From Candidatus Avispirillum sp. (lineage in GTDB: Bacteria; Bacillota; Clostridia; Oscillospirales; CAG-272), in the NCBI GenBank assembly GCA_045632025.1, contig JAZQVW010000140.1, positions 1 to 41,975 on the forward strand: a stretch of DNA of 41,975 nucleotides, read 5' to 3'. Within the stretch, counting starts at the first letter, position 1. Every line of letters begins with the position of its first letter. Of the stretch, positions 28,164 to 37,772 are shown in pieces. The translations under genes were made by a program, and so were the position numbers. The notes beneath the pieces were generated by a model. That model was not told where the DNA came from. It did no database searches and saw nothing but the letters and a program-made list of their open reading frames with translations.

Positions 28164-29747
28164 TTGAATATTAGAGATATTGAAAAAATAATAGACGATG
28201 CACACAAAGGACACGAAATTTTCAAAATGAATAAAGAGCAGGCAATTTATTCTACATTATCGACATTTGAATATTCGTGCAGTTCGGTAATGATGGCAAG
28301 TGTCTTAAATCCGTTTGCATTAAAAAGCATTACTGATCTAATGGACGCATTGAATATGGCGTTGACATGGATAAATGAACTGTGTCCCGTTTCCGACGAC
28401 GGCACTATCCAATTGGAGATGTCCGAGGAATGTAATCAACAGTGCTGTGACTTCTTGCACAATCACGCTTACCCCTATTCTGTGATTTGCAGCGGATACA
28501 TAGCGTACTCAAGAAAACGCTTCAAAGCAAATGTTGTCGATAATTGCGTTACCTTTGATCTGGCTGACAATCAAAACAATTCGGCATGGAATGATATTCT
28601 CAGAGAAGCTACGAGTAATGATTTAAGTAGCCTGTCTGCCCTCGTTAATCCTTATGAATTGTTGCGAGCAAGCGGCGAGATAAAAAAACATACCACTATA
28701 GAAAACGGAATGTTGTGCTACGCTCTATCTGGCGATGTTTTCGATGCTTTTGAAAAGATGGCACGTGCTCATTGGGAAGCCGCAAAGACTTTGCCAGAAA
28801 ACTGGAAGTTTGAGAAATTTTCTTTGGCTGAGTATAAAGAGTTTTGGATTGCTTTAACTTCCTTGTGCTATGTGCATCTTTGCAGTTGCTTTAGCATTGA
28901 AGAACAGTTGCTCAAATTGAAAAATAGTACTATAGTACAAAACAAGCAATGCATTGTTAATTTCATCAAATCTCGAACCAAACTTGACGAAAACAAGATA
29001 CTGACGCTCATTGACTACATTACTTATGAGCCGCAAAAAACAAATGTTGATATCATGTACCAACCCATAGTAGCTTTGAATGATAGTACTATAATCATCA
29101 CTCCTACTCTTTTTATGGGATCTCGTCCTGAACGAAATTTACTATCAGTTGTAAGCACAAGGAAAGATAAGGAATACTTCAACGAAGTTAACGATTTGGA
29201 AGGTTTGATGGTCTCAGAGTTGGAATCCTATGTGAAATCAGAATACATAGCAAAGCATAAACATTTGCGTGATGATTTGCCTGATCTTGATTTCGCAGTT
29301 TTAGATAAAGAGACTAACTCAGCTTTGATTTGCGAAACAAAGTGGTTTGCTCCTGCTGATTCTTCAAAAGAGGTTTACGCCAAGGAAGATGAAATAAATC
29401 ATGGATGTCAGCAAGTTGAGGATATCATGTCTTATGCTATGGCTGACAAAAAGCATTTCTTCAAGCAAGTGTTTGGTGTTGAGAATGGAGAGACGATTGA
29501 CCTGTTTTGGTGTGTTGTTGCAAAACACAACATTCGAACGCAAAACAGAATTGTTCCGGTAATAGATTTGAAGAGAATCGAAGACTTGTTTTCTTCAAAT
29601 TCTCTTAATACTGTTTTTCATCTCATACGCAACCATGAATATGAAATTAAGATGCCCGATGATGTTTCGATTACACATCAAGAAGTAGAATACGCTGGTT
29701 TTAAGTTCAAAATTCCTGCGCTTTGTTTGGGAAATATGCCAGAATAA
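28164..29747 (+). CDS. ~527-aa protein with a C-terminal PD-(D/E)xK nuclease-like motif and a large uncharacterised N-terminal region
   Basis: An in-frame TTG at 28164 lies 8 nt after GGAGG; the ORF-track start at 28128 is also possible. The C-terminal region has ELE…LPDLDFAVLDKETNSALICETKWFAP…CQQVEDIMSY, meaning E, PD, ExK and a downstream Q..Y, as in restriction-endonuclease-fold/Shedu-type domains. Confidence 0.65.
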   Translation: MNIRDIEKIIDDAHKGHEIFKMNKEQAIYSTLSTFEYSCSSVMMASVLNPFALKSITDLMDALNMALTWINELCPVSDDGTIQLEMSEECNQQCCDFLHNHAYPYSVICSGYIAYSRKRFKANVVDNCVTFDLADNQNNSAWNDILREATSNDLSSLSALVNPYELLRASGEIKKHTTIENGMLCYALSGDVFDAFEKMARAHWEAAKTLPENWKFEKFSLAEYKEFWIALTSLCYVHLCSCFSIEEQLLKLKNSTIVQNKQCIVNFIKSRTKLDENKILTLIDYITYEPQKTNVDIMYQPIVALNDSTIIITPTLFMGSRPERNLLSVVSTRKDKEYFNEVNDLEGLMVSELESYVKSEYIAKHKHLRDDLPDLDFAVLDKETNSALICETKWFAPADSSKEVYAKEDEINHGCQQVEDIMSYAMADKKHFFKQVFGVENGETIDLFWCVVAKHNIRTQNRIVPVIDLKRIEDLFSSNSLNTVFHLIRNHEYEIKMPDDVSITHQEVEYAGFKFKIPALCLGNMPE

Positions 29748-29940
29748 ATCGGAACACTGTTGGCTCGCCACCAACGGTGTTCTCGTTCTCATAAAACTAT
29801 CATTGGCAGCGTTGACAGGAAATAATGCTGTAAAAAATATATCCTCTCATACATGACAACTGAATCTAAATGTTTGACCATACGGATATTCACCTATAAT
29901 TTGTAATATCTTCAAATCTATTTGGATAACATAAAATTTC

Positions 29941-29971
29941 AAAAGGCACCGCTTCGGCGGTGCCTTTGCTT
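29941..29971. terminator. Bidirectional intrinsic terminator at the right cargo boundary
   Basis: AAAA-GGCACCGC-TTCG-GCGGTGCC-TTTGCTT. A second, 12-bp hairpin lies at 29752-29782 directly after the nuclease gene. Confidence 0.7.
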
Positions 29972-30023
29972 ATGCCTAAACAGAATAGTATTCCCGTTTT
30001 TCTTGCACTTTATTCACCCTACC

Positions 30024-30053
30024 TTGACAAAAGTTTCCTGCGTATGGTATAAT
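30024..30053 (+). promoter_or_regulatory. Near-consensus extended -10 promoter
   Basis: TTGACA (30024-29), 18-nt spacer, TGgTATAAT (30045-53). Confidence 0.7.
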
Positions 30054-30059
30054 AAAGAC

Positions 30060-30283
30060 ACCGAGAGATCGGATGAAAAATGAATATTAAGTGCCACGAC
30101 AGTTACCACTGTCACCCCGTCGCTTGAAAGACAGCGACATACTTATTTATCTGCTCATTTAGAGCAAGCACTAATTAGAGTTATAGACTCGTACATACAT
30201 CGGCACGGAACATTTTTAAGCGAACAATTTTGTTCGCCTGTTTGTGTTTCCGTATCGATGTATGTGCGAGTCTTTTTGTTTTG
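30060..30283 (+). ncRNA. Candidate ~220-nt structured RNA (or terminator-containing leader) of unknown class
   Basis: It starts just after the promoter. Five hairpins are present: 30061-72, 30098-113, 30119-138, 30152-166, and a ~28-bp-arm hairpin at 30185-30273 enclosing GCGAACA/TGTTCGC. It ends in TTTTTGTTTT. The only ORF is 5 codons long. Confidence 0.5.
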
Positions 30284-30371
30284 CTCTCGCCGTGATTACA
30301 TAAAAATCGAAAGGTGGAATGCAGATGATTGTATCAAAATTTAGAATCAACAAAAACGAAAGGAGGATCGG

Positions 30372-30659
30372 ATGCAACACAAAAATTTCTTTATGGTTCC
30401 CAACCGCATCTTTGATTTAGAACTAAAGCCGAGGGACTTCACCGTGTATTGCTGTCTGCTTCGGCACAGTGACAGCAAGGACGGCTCCTGCTTCCCCTCG
30501 CGGAGAGTCATCGCAAAGGAGTGCGGTATGGATAGGAAAACCGTTGACTCTGCCATTGAAAATCTCTCGTCCCTTGGTCTGGTGAAAAAGATTCAGCGGC
30601 ACCGAGAGGATGGAACGAGAACGAGCAATCTCTACTACGTGGCAAACCTCTTGGAGTAG
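30372..30659 (+). CDS. Winged-helix/HTH protein of the element backbone (replication-initiator-like HTH)
   Basis: AAAGGAGG RBS. FFMVPNRIFDL…FTVYCCLLRHSD…CFPSRRVIAKECGMDRKTVDSAIENLSSLGLV is typical of HTH proteins found next to serine recombinases on clostridial elements. Confidence 0.7.
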   Translation: MQHKNFFMVPNRIFDLELKPRDFTVYCCLLRHSDSKDGSCFPSRRVIAKECGMDRKTVDSAIENLSSLGLVKKIQRHREDGTRTSNLYYVANLLE

Positions 30660-31165
30660 AGTGAATTTTTCATCGGGATAGTGTCAGAATTTCCTATCAA
30701 GAAGAAAACCCATAGAACAAAACCCAGGAATTACTACAACAGAAAAAGAGAAAAGATAACCACCACGGAGCGCCCATGTGTCGCCCACAGACCGCCTGTG
30801 TGCCGAGGAACGCAGAGATGCGAGGAAACACCCGACCAAAAGAAAACCGCCCGTTTGGGGCGATTTGAGGGCAAGGTTGGAACGGCAAAATGAGGTGTGA
30901 TGTAAGGCAGCTTTCAGGCATTTTCGATGGGTCGAAAATCAAGCAGGAGAAAGAGTCGGGGTCGTAAACGCCCCTCGACTCGGGTCACAGCGGACGGCAA
31001 CGCCGACCGCACAAGGGTTTTTGGCATTTTCGTTCTTTTCCCGAAGTGGTACCACTTTCGAGGATAAGGAGTCAATTTAGGCGGTGTGGAGTGCCAAAAG
31101 TGCCGTGAAACAAGGAAAATCATAGGCGACAATATAGGTGTCGTAAGCGGAAAGGAGAATTTACT

Positions 31166-31570
31166 ATGGCTACTAACAACAAAATCAAGTTTCCTTTTTG
31201 GGTAACACCAAAAACGATGGAAACCGTGAAAGAAATGTACAAGGACGATGATTGCCGGAGCCAATCGGAATTTATTGAGAAAGCGATAAACGCATATGTC
31301 GGCTATCTACGGGCAGATAACAGTCCAGGAATGCTGCCGAATTATATGGTCTCCACGATGAAGGCTATTGTGGACAGCAGCGAAACACGAATGTGCAGAA
31401 TGCTGTTCAAGCTGGCGGTGGAGATGGCGATCACGATGAACGTCCTCGCAGCTCACTGTGATATAGAAGAAGGAAGTCTTGCTAACCTTCGCCAAAGCTG
31501 TATCGACGAAGTGAAACGAATTAACGGAACGCTTGGATTTGAAGATGCCTACTATTGGCAGAAGGGCTGA
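31166..31570 (+). CDS. Element-backbone protein with a ribbon-helix-helix-like N-terminus, hypothetical
   Basis: AAAGGAG RBS. The RSQSEFIEKAINAY motif resembles CopG/RHH proteins. The position upstream of the recombinase suggests a regulatory or directionality role. Confidence 0.55.
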   Translation: MATNNKIKFPFWVTPKTMETVKEMYKDDDCRSQSEFIEKAINAYVGYLRADNSPGMLPNYMVSTMKAIVDSSETRMCRMLFKLAVEMAITMNVLAAHCDIEEGSLANLRQSCIDEVKRINGTLGFEDAYYWQKG

Positions 31571-31586
31571 GAAAGGAGAACGGAAC

Positions 31587-31790
31587 ATGGATTATGAATT
31601 ACTGAAAAAGCGCAGAGAGAAATATCTAAAATTACAGAGAGAATTAGAGGAAGAACAGCATATCGGTCTCGGTTACGTGCTGACCGTAGAGGGAAAGCAG
31701 TATCCCGTACTGTCTTGTTTCTCTGTCAGTGGAAAAACGGAAGAAGCAAAGGACAAACTGAAATACCTTATCAACGGTCGAAAAAGTTAA
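31587..31790 (+). CDS. Small (67 aa) element-backbone protein, hypothetical
   Basis: ATG at 31587 after AAAGGAG. It lies between the RHH-like gene and the recombinase, a position often occupied by small Tnp accessory proteins. Confidence 0.45.
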   Translation: MDYELLKKRREKYLKLQRELEEEQHIGLGYVLTVEGKQYPVLSCFSVSGKTEEAKDKLKYLINGRKS

Positions 31791-31866
31791 CAAAACTGTT
31801 TCAGCAAAGTCGCTGGACTACTCGACCGAGTTGTGATATGTTGTTGCCGTATCCTATTCGGTTTGA

Positions 31867-33567
<1,701 letters not shown>

Positions 33568-33619
33568 AAAGTAATAACCGGAAGGTTTTTACACCTTCCG
33601 GTTACATACCACCCACCAA

Positions 33620-33658
33620 TTCTCCGTTAAGAACATCACGGAAATGCAGCGGAGTTTT
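33620..33658. repeat. attR of the integrated element
   Basis: TTCTCCGTTAAGAACATCAC-GGAAA-TGCAGCGGAGTTTT is the reverse complement of attL apart from the core. Confidence 0.8.
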
Positions 33659-33664
33659 CTTTTA

Positions 33665-33900
33665 GCCATCCCCCTTCGCAAAGGGGGATGGGGGACCACA
33701 AAATGGTGAGTGAGGAGTTTAAGGGTATTTCGCTCGTTGCGACGAGCGACCAAGGGGTATCCCCCTTGGAATCCCAGTGGGCAATAGGCGTTCCGCGCTC
33801 TGCGGAGCGCGTCTTAGGGCGCCGCCCCGCGTCCAGTCATCGTCGTGTGTCGTGAGCTATCGCTTCGATACACTCAGCTCTGCTCACTCACACTTTGGAT
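33665..33900. repeat. Cluster of GC-rich palindromic units (BIME/REP-like)
   Basis: Hairpins CCATCCCCCTT/AAGGGGGATGG, TCGCTCGT/ACGAGCGA, CCAAGGGG/CCCCTTGG and CGCGCTC/GAGCGCG. The first ~60 nt parallel unit 2 at 39706-39758. Confidence 0.7.
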
Positions 33901-34009
33901 GACACCGCTTGCAAAAACGATATTTAATCGTTTTTGCCGCACTAACCTTTTTTATAAAAGGTCGATAAAAACATTCTTTACTATGTGCAGCTATAAATAT
34001 TCATATTCC

Positions 34010-35422
34010 TTACTTCTCACCGAAAACGGAGATATTCATAACTGCGGGAGTTATTCCCTTAGGTGCGCCGAGGATAGTGAGGCGAGCCTCGTTTGCTCTT
34101 GTTACCTCAAAGGTGCGATAGTCGATAATAAGATCCTCTTCGCTTTCGCTTCTGTCCACAACAGTTATCCAGGGATCCTCCTCTTCTGTTGTGTGATCGT
34201 TATAGCGAAGCTCTAATTTATACTTGATAGGTCCGGGAAGTGCGCCCTTTTCAAGAGAAAGTCCAACATCGCGCCAGATTATTCTCACAGCGGTGCAATC
34301 AGCTCCCCAATAAGACATAGGGATAGTGAGCGTGGGGCATTCGTCATCGTCCGCAGGCTGCCACCAGGACATAAGGTCCTCGTCTGTTGCGTAAAGCGCA
34401 TCACGACCGGGAGCACAGCTTGAAGCATATGCACGGCGGCGGCCCGTTACGCAAACAAGACCTGCATCGCCATCCTTAAAGGGATCAGCCACAACTCCGG
34501 GCGCCCAACGGGGTGATTCTGAAATAACGGGGCAAACAAGGTCGCCCTCATCATTGATATATACGGGGTCAAAACCGATTCTTCTTTCCATAGCGTCAAG
34601 ATAGCAAACCGTGCAGGTATAGAACACCCAAAGGTTGCCGTCGGGACCCTCTGTGATACATCCGTGTCCGGGACCGCGAACTACACCGTCAGTTTTTCTT
34701 GTAAAGGGATTGGTCTTCATATATTCCCAAGGTCCAAGAGGAGTGGAGCTCTTATAAGCGCCGAGACCGTAGGTTGAATATTCTGTTCCGGGAGCGCAGT
34801 AAACGAGATAATAAACTCCGTTTTTCTTCAGCATCCAGGGGCCTTCAAGTGCGCAGGAGATCTTGTCCTCGTTATATTCGCCGTTTCTCTCCCACTCGTG
34901 TGCAGGATCAAATTCGATAGCAAGCTCAGGCTCTGAAAGAAGCTGGGTGGGATTGTCAGCATCAAGCTCAACCGCCAGAACTATAGGCGCGCCCGTGCTG
35001 TAATAAAGATAAAGTCTTCCGTCGTCATCAGAGAAAAGCATGGGATCGTAGCAGCGCTGCAGCTCCTCGCCGTTTGGCAGAGTGAAGCGGCCGATGCTGT
35101 GATAATCCTCTAAAAGATCGTCGGAAACATACAAGTCGGAAAGGCTTCCGCAAAGATAATACTTGCCGCGATGGTTAACGACCGTTGGAGCATATCCGCA
35201 ATCGTAGGGCTCAATTCTCTTATGGTTCCACGTGCAAAAATCCTCGCTCCAATAAACGATTCCGCATGAGGAATAGAGATACCACTTGCCGTTTTCATAA
35301 AGGACCGTGGGGTCGGCAGTTTCTCTCCAGTTATAATCATAGCCGTTCATAATAGAAAAGCGACCGATAGGATAATCGGGAAGGGGCATGGGGTTAACGT
35401 AGGTTTTTTCGTACTTATTCAT
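34010..35422 (-). CDS. Glycoside hydrolase family 43 protein with a C-terminal beta-sandwich domain
   Basis: Five-bladed propeller blocks ADPTVLYENGKWYLY, APTVVNHRGKYYL, DPMLFSDDDGRLYLYY and EGPWMLKKNGVYYLVY. The ATG at 35422 has better RBS spacing than the GTG at 35431. Confidence 0.85.
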   Translation of the reverse strand: MNKYEKTYVNPMPLPDYPIGRFSIMNGYDYNWRETADPTVLYENGKWYLYSSCGIVYWSEDFCTWNHKRIEPYDCGYAPTVVNHRGKYYLCGSLSDLYVSDDLLEDYHSIGRFTLPNGEELQRCYDPMLFSDDDGRLYLYYSTGAPIVLAVELDADNPTQLLSEPELAIEFDPAHEWERNGEYNEDKISCALEGPWMLKKNGVYYLVYCAPGTEYSTYGLGAYKSSTPLGPWEYMKTNPFTRKTDGVVRGPGHGCITEGPDGNLWVFYTCTVCYLDAMERRIGFDPVYINDEGDLVCPVISESPRWAPGVVADPFKDGDAGLVCVTGRRRAYASSCAPGRDALYATDEDLMSWWQPADDDECPTLTIPMSYWGADCTAVRIIWRDVGLSLEKGALPGPIKYKLELRYNDHTTEEEDPWITVVDRSESEEDLIIDYRTFEVTRANEARLTILGAPKGITPAVMNISVFGEK

Positions 35423-35548
35423 AGCCATCACCTTTCATTTTCCTTAGTTATCATAATTTTATCACAGAAAAGCCCTTTTTTCAATGCCCCTCTTAGCATC
35501 TTTAACATTATACGCTCAATTTTTTTAGCGAAAATGTTTAAAAAATGC

Positions 35549-35577
35549 TTGATTAGTGAGAAGGTGTGCAGTATAAT
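35549..35577 (+). promoter_or_regulatory. Sigma-A type promoter upstream of typA
   Basis: TTGATT, 17-nt spacer, TATAAT. Confidence 0.5.
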
Positions 35578-35622
35578 TAAAAAGTTAGGTATCCAAAAAA
35601 TTTAAAAGATTGGAAAGATAGT

Positions 35623-37464
35623 ATGATCAGAGAAGATTTAAGAAACGTAGCTATCATTGCTCACGTTGACCACGGTAAGACAACGCTGGTTGATGAAATG
35701 CTCAAGCAGTGCGGCGAATACCACGAAAATCAGGTTGTGCAGGAAAGAGTTATGGACTCCGGCGATATCGAGCGCGAGCGCGGTATCACAATTCTTGCAA
35801 AGAACACCTCTGTAGTTTATAAAAATACAAAGATCAATATCGTTGACACACCCGGACACGCAGACTTCGGCGGCGAGGTTGAGCGTATTCTCAAGATGGT
35901 TAACGGCGTTATCCTCCTTGTTGACGCGGCAGAAGGCCCCATGCCCCAGACTCGCTTTGTTCTTCAGAGAGCAATGGAGCTTGGCCACAGAGTTATCGTT
36001 GTTGTTAACAAGATCGACCGTCCCGATGCAAGAATCGACGAGGTTATCGACGAGGTTCTTGAGCTTCTTCTTGAGCTTGATGCAACAGACGATCAGCTTG
36101 ATTCTCCCATGCTCTTCTGCTCCGGCAGAGCGGGAACAGCTTCTGTTGATCCTCACGGCGAAGGCGAAAACCTTATGCCCCTTCTCGACACTATCCTTGA
36201 ATATATTCCCCAGCCCGAGGGCGATCCCGAGGCTCCCCTTCAGATGCTCGTTTCTTCTATCGACTATAACGAATACGTTGGTAGAATCGGTATCGGCAGA
36301 ATCGAGCGCGGTACAATGAAGGTTGGCGGCGAGGCAGTTATCGTTAACTACCACACACCCGACGCACTTCCCAAGAAAACAAAGGTAGTTTCTCTCTATC
36401 AGTACGACGGTCTTGGCAAGAAGACAGTTGAAACTGCTACAGTTGGCGATATCATCTGCTTCTCCGGCGCTGAGTCTATCACTATCGGTGACACTATCAC
36501 AGCTGTCGACACTCCCGAAGCTCTTGAATTCGTTAAGGTTAGCGAGCCCACTCTTGAAATGACCTTTGCTGTTAACGACAGCCCCTTCGCAGGCAAGGAA
36601 GGTAAGTTCGTTACAACAAGACAGATCAGAGAGCGCCTCTATAAGGAAACTCTTCGCGACGTTTCTCTCAGAGTTGAGGACGGTGAAACAACAGATAGCT
36701 TCAAGGTTGCAGGCCGCGGCGAAATGCATCTCTCTATCCTCATTGAAAATATGAGACGCGAGGGCTATGAGCTTTGCTGCTCCACACCTCACGTTCTTTA
36801 TAAGACAATTGACGGCGTTAAGCACGAGCCTATGGAAAAGGTTACTGTTGACGTTCCCGAGGAGTACGTTGGTACAGTTATTGAAAAGCTTGGCTCCAGA
36901 AAGGGCGAGCTTCTTGAAATGAACCTCCGTGGCACAAGAATGAAGATCGAATATCTTATTCCCGCAAGAGGTCTCTTCGGCTACAGAAGCGAATTCCTTA
37001 CAGATACTCGCGGTGAAGGCCTTATGGCATCTGTTTTCGCAGGCTACGAACCCTTCAAGGGCGAGATCACAACAAGATACACAGGCTCTCTCGTTGCAAG
37101 CGAGGCAGGCGAATCCACATCCTACGGTCTTTATAACTGTCAGGACAGAGGAACAATGTTTATCGGCGTTCAGACTCCCGTTTACGAGGGTATGATCGTT
37201 GGCGAATGCCCCAAGCAGATCGACATCGCTCTCAACGTTTGTAAGAAGAAGCACCTCACATCTATCCGCTCTAGCGGCGCAGACGAAGCTCTTCGCCTTA
37301 TTCCTCATAAGGTATTCAGCCTTGAGCAGGCAATTGAGTTTATCGGCGAGGACGAGCTCCTTGAGGTTACTCCCAAGTCTATCAGACTCAGAAAGAGAAT
37401 CCTCAACACAGAGCTTCGCCTTAAGGAAGAGGCTAAGATGAGAAAGGCTGCTCAGCAGGTTTAA
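35623..37464 (+). CDS. typA: Translational GTPase TypA/BipA
   Basis: G-domain motifs [14 protein letters not shown] and NKID, an EF-G-like domain layout, and a length of 613 aa. Confidence 0.97.
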   Translation: MIREDLRNVAIIAHVDHGKTTLVDEMLKQCGEYHENQVVQERVMDSGDIERERGITILAKNTSVVYKNTKINIVDTPGHADFGGEVERILKMVNGVILLVDAAEGPMPQTRFVLQRAMELGHRVIVVVNKIDRPDARIDEVIDEVLELLLELDATDDQLDSPMLFCSGRAGTASVDPHGEGENLMPLLDTILEYIPQPEGDPEAPLQMLVSSIDYNEYVGRIGIGRIERGTMKVGGEAVIVNYHTPDALPKKTKVVSLYQYDGLGKKTVETATVGDIICFSGAESITIGDTITAVDTPEALEFVKVSEPTLEMTFAVNDSPFAGKEGKFVTTRQIRERLYKETLRDVSLRVEDGETTDSFKVAGRGEMHLSILIENMRREGYELCCSTPHVLYKTIDGVKHEPMEKVTVDVPEEYVGTVIEKLGSRKGELLEMNLRGTRMKIEYLIPARGLFGYRSEFLTDTRGEGLMASVFAGYEPFKGEITTRYTGSLVASEAGESTSYGLYNCQDRGTMFIGVQTPVYEGMIVGECPKQIDIALNVCKKKHLTSIRSSGADEALRLIPHKVFSLEQAIEFIGEDELLEVTPKSIRLRKRILNTELRLKEEAKMRKAAQQV

Positions 37465-37472
37465 GTTAATAT

Positions 37473-37508
37473 AAAAAGCTCGGATGATGATCATCCGAGC
37501 TTTTTATT
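37473..37508 (+). terminator. Intrinsic terminator after typA
   Basis: AAAAAGCTCGGATGA/TCATCCGAGCTTTTT followed by ATTT. Confidence 0.8.
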
Positions 37509-37520
37509 TGTTATAGCGTT

Positions 37521-37735
37521 ATAAATTATCGTTTAGTGCCCAAGCCTCCCCTATTTTAGGGGAGGTGGATTGCCGAAGGCAAGACGGAAGGGTAGAAAAA
37601 TGATTGATTACCTTCAAAACTACCCTTCAGTCTCACTGCGTTCGACAGCTCCCCATCCCAAGGGACCCCGTGAAATCGTAGATTTCAGGGGATTGGGAGA
37701 ATAGGGGAGCCTCAGTAACATAAATTATCGTTTAT
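37521..37735. repeat. GC-rich palindromic cluster bounded by direct ATAAATTATCGTTTA repeats
   Basis: ATAAATTATCGTTTAG is at 37521-36 and ATAAATTATCGTTTAT at 37720-35. Between them lie the hairpins CCTCCCCT/AGGGGAGG, GAAGGGTAG/CTACCCTTC and TCCCAA…CCCC.TGAAAT/ATTTCAGGGG…TTGGGA. Confidence 0.75.
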
Positions 37736-37741
37736 CACACA

Positions 37742-37769
37742 AAAAAACGGCGGAATATCCGCCGTTTTT
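37742..37769 (-). terminator. Intrinsic (bidirectional) terminator after the Na/Pi transporter gene
   Basis: CGGCGGA/TCCGCCG stem flanked by an A7 run on one side and a T5 run on the other. Confidence 0.8.
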
Positions 37770-37772
37770 ATA

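Noticed and set aside
30060-30283. Retron msr/msd-type ncRNA, suggested by the long flanking inverted repeat and internal hairpins.
   Set aside because: There is no reverse transcriptase gene anywhere in the window. The long stem is directly followed by a T-tract, which fits a terminator better.
30681-31264. ORFs 30681..30893 (+), 30697..30942 (-) and 30914..31264 (-) in the backbone gap.
   Set aside because: They have no RBS, and their composition is Arg/Pro/Cys-rich and not protein-like. They also mutually overlap, so the region is treated as non-coding or decayed.
35638-37494. 618-aa ORF on the minus strand covering the whole of typA.
   Set aside because: It is an antisense shadow ORF. 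It has no RBS and a composition dominated by C, N, L, V and S with no motifs. The sense strand encodes a highly conserved GTPase. Long antisense ORFs arise here because the host codon usage avoids the codons whose complements are stops.
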